Source: Bacteroidales bacterium (GTDB lineage Bacteria > Bacteroidota > Bacteroidia > Bacteroidales > UBA10428). Taken from it: a DNA stretch of 64,000 nucleotides. The DNA is taken from contig JAFGEO010000118.1 in assembly GCA_016931575.1 (NCBI GenBank), positions 143,457-207,456 of the forward strand. The letters run 5' to 3'. Of the stretch, positions 36,149 through 43,232 are shown in pieces. Numbering within the stretch: the first letter of the stretch is position 1; each line of letters starts with the position of its first letter. The translations under genes were made by a program, and so were the position numbers. The notes below the pieces were generated by a model that did no database searches, was not told where the DNA came from, and saw only the letters and a program-made list of their open reading frames with translations.

Positions 36149-37183
36149 ATGAATAAAGTAGTAACGTTTGGAGAGGTGATGTTGCGACTGGCAACACCGG
36201 ATCATCAGCGGTTTGGGCAATCGGATGCACTGAGCGCAACGTATGGGGGTGGAGAGGCCAATGTGGCTGTTTCACTTGCCAATTATGGCATACCGGTAAG
36301 TTTCGTGACACGCCTCCCGAAAAATGATATCGCGCAGGCTTGCATCAACGAACTCCGGAGCTTTGGAGTTAGTACAGAGGATATCGTGTTCGGAGGAGAG
36401 CGCATGGGCATCTATTTTCTGGAAACCGGAGCGGTAAGCCGTGCCAGCAAAGTAATTTATGACAGGGCCTACTCGTCTGTTTCACAAATCGAACCCGGCA
36501 TGCTTGATTGGGATAAGGTACTTGAAGGAGCCACGTGGTTCCACTGGACAGGGATTACCCCTGCCATTTCGCAGGGTGCCGCCGAAGTATGCCAGGAAGG
36601 GATAAAGGCCGCGAATACAAAGGGTATCACGGTATCCTGTGACCTTAATTACCGTAAAAACCTGTGGAAATACGGGAAGACGGCAGGAGAGGTGATGCCC
36701 TTGCTGGTTGAAGGTTGCGATTTAATCCTCGGAAATGAAGAAGATGCTGAAAAAGCCCTGGGCATTAAGCCGGAAGGCGTAGATGTCAGCTCAGGACATG
36801 TCGAAGCTGGAGCCTATAAATCCGTTTCCGAGCAAATCATGAAAAAATTCCCCAGGTGTAAGAAAGTCATTACTACCCTGCGGGGTTCCATCAGCGCAGA
36901 TCATAACTCATGGTCGGGCGTGCTGTGGGACGGAAAGCAGCTTTTTGAGGCCCCTGCCTACCAGATCACGCATATTGTTGACCGCGTTGGTGGAGGAGAT
37001 TCATTCATGGGTGGCCTGATCTATGGTTTACTGACCTATAAGGACGATGACCAGTCAGCACTGAACTTCGCAGTTGCAGCATCCTGCCTGAAACACACCA
37101 TTTATGGTGATTATAACAGGATGTCTGTTCAGGAGGTTGAGAAGCTGATGAAAGGTGATGCATCTGGCAGGGTGAGTAGATGA
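36149..37183 (+). CDS. kdgK: 2-dehydro-3-deoxygluconokinase (PfkB family)
   Basis: PfkB signatures GGGEANVAV and VDRVGGGDSFMGGLIYG. Uronate-cluster context. Confidence 0.85.
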   Translation: MNKVVTFGEVMLRLATPDHQRFGQSDALSATYGGGEANVAVSLANYGIPVSFVTRLPKNDIAQACINELRSFGVSTEDIVFGGERMGIYFLETGAVSRASKVIYDRAYSSVSQIEPGMLDWDKVLEGATWFHWTGITPAISQGAAEVCQEGIKAANTKGITVSCDLNYRKNLWKYGKTAGEVMPLLVEGCDLILGNEEDAEKALGIKPEGVDVSSGHVEAGAYKSVSEQIMKKFPRCKKVITTLRGSISADHNSWSGVLWDGKQLFEAPAYQITHIVDRVGGGDSFMGGLIYGLLTYKDDDQSALNFAVAASCLKHTIYGDYNRMSVQEVEKLMKGDASGRVSR

Positions 37184-37379
37184 AAATGCCTGCACTGCAG
37201 GTAGCTATACGTGGAACTTGATACAGCAAAAAAGGAAAAATATCCTCATTTTCTGATTGATAAACGAGTTTTTCAGAACTATTCTTAGTAAATTGGTCCT
37301 ATTCGTTTTCAGATCCTTATTATTGGATATTTCACGCCTATAATTGTTGATTGTCAATGTTTAATTGATATCTGACATT

Positions 37380-37514
37380 GCGACCTCTGTAAATATGGAG
37401 GGTTTATTTTGTCAAACAACGGGTTTAGTAATATTCTTGCAACTAATAGCTATACGATTAATTAGCAGTGTTTAGTTGTTGTTTGGTTAAGAAGTTTGCA
37501 GAGGTCGCTTTTTT
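37380..37514 (+). ncRNA. candidate structured RNA / long-stem terminator-like leader upstream of uxaE
   Basis: gcgacctctg (37380-37389) pairs with cagaggtcgc (37499-37508), extendable to about 15 bp with G-U pairs, and is followed directly by TTTTTT (37509-37514). Nested helices caaacaac/gttgtttg (37413-20 / 37478-85) and ctaat/attag (37443-47 / 37461-65). Confidence 0.35.
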
Positions 37515-37547
37515 CTGATTATTAATCCTACTAATCTTTTTGTAACA

Positions 37548-38795
37548 ATGAAAATTGATAAGTATTCTTTTGGGGTTGGTGACCGCTTTGCCAAAGAGGG
37601 AAAGGCCCAGCTCAAAGCAATTGAAGCGATAAATAAACTGGGTGTGCCGGTGGTTCCGGTATGGAATAAGTCCTTCCGGGAGCATTCCATCGTTAAAACC
37701 AGCCAGCAATCTGTCAGGAAGGAAGCAGACGAGGCGGTAAAAAGTCTGGGATGGAAAAAAAATTATTACGTAGACGCTGACCATATTGGCCTGAAAACGG
37801 TGGATGAATTCCTGGAATACAGTGATTTCTTCACCATCGATGTGGCCCATTTTATTGGCACTCCTGCTGACGAAAAGGCACGCAGGGAGTTCGTGGAACG
37901 ACACAGCAAGTACATCGGTGACCTGAAAATCCCCGGAATTGATGAAGTATTCAAAGTTGATAAGGCCTACCTCGAAGCTGCTGCCGATAAATATCTGAAA
38001 GCAATTCAGGAGGTTGAAAAGATTTACATCCATATCCTGGTGCGCAAAGGGAAAGAAAATTTCATCGCTGAAGTATCGATGGATGAAACAGATCAGGCTC
38101 AATCCCCCCTTGAATTATTCTTTATCCTGGCAGAGCTGAAATTCCAGAAAGTGGAAGTGCAGACCATTGCCCCTAAATTCTCTGGTCTTTTTGCCAAAGG
38201 AATTGACTATTATGATAACCTGGAAAATTTCAGTAAGGAATTTGAACAGGATGTGGCTGTTACCCAGTATGCGATCAAAGAACTGGGATTACCCGAATCA
38301 CTGAAGTTGAGCGTTCACAGCGGAAGTGATAAATTCTCCATCTATCCTGCTATGGGAAAGGCCATTAAGAAATTCGATGCCGGGATCCATGTAAAAACGG
38401 CCGGCACTACCTGGCTGGAAGAAGTGATCGGACTGGCAAAGGCAGGCGGTGAAGGTTTGGAAATTGCCAGGAAGATCTATACACGTTCCCTTGAGCGTTA
38501 CGATGAGCTTACGGGTCCGTATGAAACCGTTCTGAATATTGACAAGTCGAAGCTGCCGGCTCCTGAGACCGTAAACGGATGGGATGCCAGACAATTTGCT
38601 AATGCCCTCATACATGATCCGGACTGCCCTGATTATAACATGCACTTCAGGCAACTGATCCATGTGGGATATAAAATTGCCGTAGAGTTGGGCGATGAGT
38701 TTAAGAATGCCCTGGAGAACTGCAGACAGGTTATAGAAGATCAGGTATATACCAATATATTTGAAAGACACCTTAAGAGACTGTTCTTACAGTAA
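37548..38795 (+). CDS. uxaE: tagaturonate/fructuronate epimerase
   Basis: N-terminus MKIDKYSFGVGDRFAKEGKAQLKAIEA...VPVWNKSFREH...YYVDADHI resembles the UxaE family as I recall it. Uronate-cluster context; no uxaA/uxaB in the window. Confidence 0.65.
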   Translation: MKIDKYSFGVGDRFAKEGKAQLKAIEAINKLGVPVVPVWNKSFREHSIVKTSQQSVRKEADEAVKSLGWKKNYYVDADHIGLKTVDEFLEYSDFFTIDVAHFIGTPADEKARREFVERHSKYIGDLKIPGIDEVFKVDKAYLEAAADKYLKAIQEVEKIYIHILVRKGKENFIAEVSMDETDQAQSPLELFFILAELKFQKVEVQTIAPKFSGLFAKGIDYYDNLENFSKEFEQDVAVTQYAIKELGLPESLKLSVHSGSDKFSIYPAMGKAIKKFDAGIHVKTAGTTWLEEVIGLAKAGGEGLEIARKIYTRSLERYDELTGPYETVLNIDKSKLPAPETVNGWDARQFANALIHDPDCPDYNMHFRQLIHVGYKIAVELGDEFKNALENCRQVIEDQVYTNIFERHLKRLFLQ

Positions 38796-38813
38796 GAACT
38801 CTGATAAGATTTG

Positions 38814-39374
38814 TCAGTTACCTTTATTAAAGAGCTCGTATGCAGGACATCCGAGCTCTTTTTGTTTGCAAGAGTTACAGGCCAGGCTGCCACGAACGTA
38901 ATTGTTACCGGCAGTGGTAAGACCTAAAATAGCCAGCATAGCGAAAAGGATCAACCAGTTAAAGTCAGTAATAAGCAGGTAAATACCTGCTGTCAGAGGG
39001 ATCAGGCTGATCAGTATATCAGGGATCATGCTTTTCCAGCTGATGCATTTCTGATTGAAAGTATCGGGATTACCCTTTTTAAAAAGCAGGGCACTGAGTT
39101 TACCCCTGCCGAAGGCGCAGCTTTTGTCGTAATAGTAACAATTTGTGCAGCTGTATCGAAGGAGCCTGAATTCCAGAAAAAGGATATAAGCTAAAAAAGA
39201 CAGGGCTATCCAGGGATTTAATACGGCAAGGATAAAGATTCCGGCAAAATAAATTCCGAAGGTGACCGCACTAGCAATCAGGATAGTATGCCATGGGTAG
39301 TTGATGAAGGAGCTTGGTCTGGTCATGGCTATTGTAGTGTTATGAAATTGCAGGGGCGTTGCATGCAACGCCAC
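38814..39374 (-). CDS. Cys-rich four-TM membrane protein, hypothetical
   Basis: Four hydrophobic helices. Two Cys clusters, CTNCYYYDKSC and CNSCKQKELGC. The start is GTG 39374 or ATG 39326 (MTRPSS...). It lies 15 nt downstream of the SPFH gene. Confidence 0.55.
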   Translation of the reverse strand: MALHATPLQFHNTTIAMTRPSSFINYPWHTILIASAVTFGIYFAGIFILAVLNPWIALSFLAYILFLEFRLLRYSCTNCYYYDKSCAFGRGKLSALLFKKGNPDTFNQKCISWKSMIPDILISLIPLTAGIYLLITDFNWLILFAMLAILGLTTAGNNYVRGSLACNSCKQKELGCPAYELFNKGN

Positions 39375-39389
39375 CTACGCAATTTCAGA

Positions 39390-40223
39390 TTAATTCCCAC
39401 CAAGGATAACAGGCAATCCATCTTCCCCGCTGCCGATGATGATAATCTTGGCATTTGGTGAAGCAGCCAGCTCCTGGGTGGCAATGATGCCCTTTTCTCT
39501 CAGGATGTTGTCCGTTAAACTGGCATTGAGGAGTCTGTTTGCTGCAGCCTTACCTTCTGCGTCAATCCGGCGCCGCTCGGCTTCCTGTTGTTCCTGTTGA
39601 AGGAGGTACTGGTATTTCAGGGCTTCCTGTTCGGCAGTAAGTTTATCTTCAATGGATTTTTGAATTGTGGCTGGTAACTTGATAGACCGTAACAGAAGCG
39701 CTTTGAGCTCTACATGGTTTTCCAGCAGGATTTGACGGGTGTTTTCCGAAATTTGCAGCTCAATTTCTCCCCTTTTGGTCGAATAGAGCTCCTCCGGCTT
39801 ATACTGACCAATAACCTGCCTGACAACCGAACGTACTTCGGGACGGATCAGGTTCTGGGCATAGTCCATTCTGAATTGTTGATAGAGGTAGCCAATTTTT
39901 TCAGGGATGGGCCTGTACCGCAGGGTGACATCAATGGTTATGTATAAACCATTCTCAGAGAGCACATCCATGGTTTCTTCAATTTGCTTTTCAGCAATAT
40001 CAAATTTGATCATTTCATTCCAGGGCGCAATGATATTGAGACCCTCAGTATGGATCTTGTCAACATCGAGTCCGCTGGAGTATTTCCGGAAAACTACACC
40101 TCGCTCAGTAGGCTTCAGGATCACAAAGGTACTTTTAGCCAGGATGATCAGTACAATAATGATTGCACCTCCTATAAGATAGGGTTTTAGTTTGCGCCAG
40201 TTGATTTCTTGGTATTCGCTCAT
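39390..40223 (-). CDS. SPFH/band-7 (prohibitin/HflC-like) membrane protein
   Basis: N-terminal TM (LKPYLIGGAIIIVLIILA), SPFH core (ERGVVFRKYSSGLD...) and a coiled-coil EQEALKYQYLLQQEQQEAERRRIDAEGKA. ATG 40223 is preferred over the track start 40259. Confidence 0.85.
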   Translation of the reverse strand: MSEYQEINWRKLKPYLIGGAIIIVLIILAKSTFVILKPTERGVVFRKYSSGLDVDKIHTEGLNIIAPWNEMIKFDIAEKQIEETMDVLSENGLYITIDVTLRYRPIPEKIGYLYQQFRMDYAQNLIRPEVRSVVRQVIGQYKPEELYSTKRGEIELQISENTRQILLENHVELKALLLRSIKLPATIQKSIEDKLTAEQEALKYQYLLQQEQQEAERRRIDAEGKAAANRLLNASLTDNILREKGIIATQELAASPNAKIIIIGSGEDGLPVILGGN

Positions 40224-40684
40224 TTTATTTTTTTTTGGTTCAGATATAAAGGTAAGCAATCTATGTTAGATTGGAACTATATATCGATAGGCGGCCACTG
40301 GATTTTGCATTGCTTTATTCATTGTAGCACATCGCTGCATAATGCCGCATCGGTCTTCCTCCACAAACCTGTGACTTATGAAAAAAGACCCTGAATATGG
40401 GCCTATGAAATTACATTCCTGAAAATCGGGAGAATGATTAGATAACAAGCGAAGTCTGTGAACAGGAGTTATCTATTTTCTGCTTCTGGCTTCTGAAATG
40501 GCGGTCAGAAAAGAATGCTTGTTTACCTGGTCTGGATCAAGAGACAACCCCATCCTTTTTCTGACGGCATTCATGCGCTTTAAATACTCTATGTCCGTCC
40601 TGCTTAACATTAGCAATTAGATTTATTTCTACTGTAATATTACGAAGTTCTACCAGCCTTTGATTGTGTCAGAATTACTCAAAT

Positions 40685-40900
40685 TTAAGGTATTACCACG
40701 CAATTTTCGCTTCGTAATAACCGACAGTTATCAACAAGTAAAGAACACTTAAATTTAAGTTGATTATCAATGGCTTCCAATGTTTTTTTGGTGAATGGTA
40801 TAATACCATAGGTAAAATGGGGTATGTCCGGAGTTAACAGATCCCGGCCGCCAGATTGGAGTTTATTGACTGGCAGCCTAAAAGTCTTAACGCCTTTCAC
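40685..40900 (-). CDS. 71-aa hypothetical ORF translationally coupled to dinB
   Basis: The GTG start overlaps the dinB TGA stop (GTGA, 40897-40900). No recognisable motif, and lower G+C than dinB. Confidence 0.3.
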   Translation of the reverse strand: MKGVKTFRLPVNKLQSGGRDLLTPDIPHFTYGIIPFTKKTLEAIDNQLKFKCSLLVDNCRLLRSENCVVIP

Positions 40901-42075
40901 AACCCCACCGCCCGCCGTACTGATCGCCTTCCATACCTTTTTCGCAGCATATCCATTGCTTTATAAAGGTTGACAGTTTTTGGGGTGTCTTCAAACATAT
41001 TGAGCTGCTGGACACCCTGCACCAGGTGACTGAACCGCACGCCGATGAGGCGGATGAGCATACGGCGCTGGTACAGCCGGTCAAACAGTTCCTTGGTTAC
41101 TTCCAGCAGCTGATGGTCGAAGGCTGTATAGGGAATGCGTTGCTGCAGGGTGTGTGTGTCGAAGTTTGAATAGCGGATCTTTACGGTGATACAGGAGGCG
41201 AGGCGTTGTTTCTTCCGCAGTTCAAAGGCCAGTTTTTCCACCATGCTGATCAGTAATTCCCGCATTTTTACCACATCGATTGAATCCTGGTCGAAAGTTT
41301 GTTCGGTACTGATCGATTTTCGTTCCGAATAGGGCCTGACGGGCGTATTATCGATACCGTTCGCCTTTTCCCAGATAGCAATGCCGTTCTTTCCCAGTAC
41401 TTTTTCGATCATTTCAGGGGGAATCTGGCTGAGGGTTCCAATGGAGGCGATGCCCATAGAACGCAACAAGTGGTAAGTCTTTTTACCGATCATGGGGATC
41501 TTGCTGATGGGCAGGGGGTGGAGGAAAGGAAGCACGCCCTGGAGCGGCACCTCCTTTTCTCCGTTGGGTTTGGCCTCGCCGGTGGCGATCTTGGAAACGG
41601 TTTTGTTGACCGAGAGTCCGAAGGATATGGGTAATCCCGTGTTCCGGATAACGGACTCCCGTAGTTCGTGCGTCCACTTCAGACAGCCGAAAAAACGGTC
41701 CATGCCGGTTACGTCAATATAAAACTCATCGATAGAGGCCTTTTCATAAAGCGGGGCCTTCTCGGTAATGACATCGGAAACCAGGTGCGAGTAACGCGAG
41801 TACAACTCCATGTCGCCACGGATAAAAATGGCATCGTTGCACAGCATGCGTGCCATCTTCATGGGCATGGCCGAATGTACGCCATATGTCCTCGCTTCAT
41901 AGCTGCAGCTTGATACAACACCCCGGTCCGACATTCCTCCGATAATTACCGGTTTTCCTACCAGTTTACTGTTTACCAGTCGCTCAACAGATACAAAAAA
42001 TGTATCCAGGTCGAGGTGTACAACATTCCGGTTCCCTATATTTTCACGCACCATCTCCGACGATATTATAATCAT
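40897..42075 (-). CDS. dinB: Y-family DNA polymerase IV
   Basis: VVHLDLDTFFVSVE and ASIDEFYIDVT catalytic motifs, SFGLSVNKTVSKIATGEAKPNG, and HPLPISKIPMIGKKT (HhH). The start may be the second Met (MVRENIG, 42054). Confidence 0.9.
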   Translation of the reverse strand: MIIISSEMVRENIGNRNVVHLDLDTFFVSVERLVNSKLVGKPVIIGGMSDRGVVSSCSYEARTYGVHSAMPMKMARMLCNDAIFIRGDMELYSRYSHLVSDVITEKAPLYEKASIDEFYIDVTGMDRFFGCLKWTHELRESVIRNTGLPISFGLSVNKTVSKIATGEAKPNGEKEVPLQGVLPFLHPLPISKIPMIGKKTYHLLRSMGIASIGTLSQIPPEMIEKVLGKNGIAIWEKANGIDNTPVRPYSERKSISTEQTFDQDSIDVVKMRELLISMVEKLAFELRKKQRLASCITVKIRYSNFDTHTLQQRIPYTAFDHQLLEVTKELFDRLYQRRMLIRLIGVRFSHLVQGVQQLNMFEDTPKTVNLYKAMDMLRKRYGRRSVRRAVGL

Positions 42076-42096
42076 TTATCAGATTATAATATAAGA
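42062..42096. promoter_or_regulatory. palindromic boxes in the dinB / lexA-like divergent region (candidate SOS operator)
   Basis: agattataatataaga (42081-42096) is identical to 25231-25246. gatattataatc (42062-42073) contains the same TATAATC half-site in the opposite sense. Confidence 0.5.
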
Positions 42097-42100
42097 TCAA

Positions 42101-42142
42101 TTGATTAAATAAACAACAAATACTTGCTTATTATTTAATCAA
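42101..42142. promoter_or_regulatory. 12-nt perfect inverted repeat upstream of the lexA-like gene
   Basis: ttgattaaataa (42101-42112) and ttatttaatcaa (42131-42142) are separated by 18 nt. The right arm overlaps a near-consensus -7 box (tcaatttg). Confidence 0.45.
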
Positions 42143-42181
42143 TTTGTAATATTGTGTATTGAAATATCAATAACAGATACA

Positions 42182-43012
42182 ATGAAAATACATTTCAGCA
42201 ACAACATCAAGTTCCTTCGCAAACGCAAAGGATATACCCAGGACGAAGTAGCTGAAAACCTGGGAATGAAGCGTTCTACACTGAGCGGAATTGAAAATGA
42301 AGTCAGCCAGCCTACTATCTCGGCACTGCTGACTTTCTCCAAGTTCTATAAAGTTGCTATTGATACACTTCTGAATGTCGACTTGCAGAAATTATCGGAG
42401 CTCCAGTTGCGGCAGTTGGAGCACGGCGAGGATGTATTTATTAAAGGAGGCCGGCTCCGGGTGCTTGCTACAACGGTCAATGCTGATAATGACGAAAACA
42501 TTGAACTGGTTGCCGAAAAGGCTAAGGCCGGTTATGCTACCGGCTTTGCAGATCCGGAATTCATCAGTCAGCTGCCGACCTTTCAGCTTCCTTTTCTTTC
42601 CAAACAGAAAAAATACCGGACCTTCCAGCTAAGCGGCGATTCTATGTTGCCCATTCCTGATAAATCATGGGTTACGGCTGAATACCTGCAGGACTGGAGC
42701 CAGATTGTCTCAGGGGAAGCTTATGTGGTCTTTACACTTGACGACGGGATTGTCTTTAAAGTGGCTGAAAACATGATCAAAGAGGAGGGGAAAGTCAGGC
42801 TCTACTCGCTGAATCCTCTCTACGAACCCTATGATATCCAGGTATCTGAGATTAAGGAAATATGGAAATTTGTCCACTTCATCAGTAAGGAAATCCCCGA
42901 ACCTATGCTCCCTCAGGATGAACTTCTGAAAACGGTTGCCAGCCTGAAAAGTGATATGGATAAGATGAAAAGGCAAATGCTCAGACCCGGGATTAGTAAA
43001 GATCCTGCATAA
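42182..43012 (+). CDS. CI-type HTH / S24 peptidase repressor (non-canonical LexA-like)
   Basis: XRE HTH (IKFLRKRKGYTQDEVAENLGMKRSTLSGIENE), an Ala-Gly candidate self-cleavage site (KAKAGYATG), and the Ser-Lys dyad contexts LSGDSMLP and IVFKV. The track ORF starts at TTG 42152; ATG 42182 is preferred. Confidence 0.8.
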   Translation: MKIHFSNNIKFLRKRKGYTQDEVAENLGMKRSTLSGIENEVSQPTISALLTFSKFYKVAIDTLLNVDLQKLSELQLRQLEHGEDVFIKGGRLRVLATTVNADNDENIELVAEKAKAGYATGFADPEFISQLPTFQLPFLSKQKKYRTFQLSGDSMLPIPDKSWVTAEYLQDWSQIVSGEAYVVFTLDDGIVFKVAENMIKEEGKVRLYSLNPLYEPYDIQVSEIKEIWKFVHFISKEIPEPMLPQDELLKTVASLKSDMDKMKRQMLRPGISKDPA

Positions 43013-43035
43013 ATGCATAAATTCCAGGGTAGGCG

Positions 43036-43070
43036 CAAAAAAAACGGATCTTGTTTTTTGAGTTTTTTTT
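43036..43070. terminator. A-tract/T-tract hairpin between convergent genes (weak bidirectional terminator candidate)
   Basis: caaaaaaaac-ggatctt-gttttttg followed by agtttttttt. The stem is A-U only and therefore weak. Confidence 0.3.
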
Positions 43071-43232
43071 CGGCAACACTTACTCCAACCAACAGACCCG
43101 TTAGTATTAAACTATCGTCGTATTACTAATTACAGAAACAAAGATACGAATATCTTAAATAGATTCTATCTGGATTTAGATTAAATTAATATTAAATTAT
43201 TCTGCATGGATAAAAATCTTATATACAACTAT

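Noticed and set aside
25231-42096. Whether the identical 16-mers at 25231-25246 and 42081-42096 are direct repeats (att sites or target duplications) bounding a 16.8-kb mobile island.
   Set aside because: No integrase, transposase or tRNA lies at either end. The content is catabolic and housekeeping. Both copies sit just upstream of damage-related genes on the same strand and are palindromic, which fits operators better. An ancient rearrangement is still possible.
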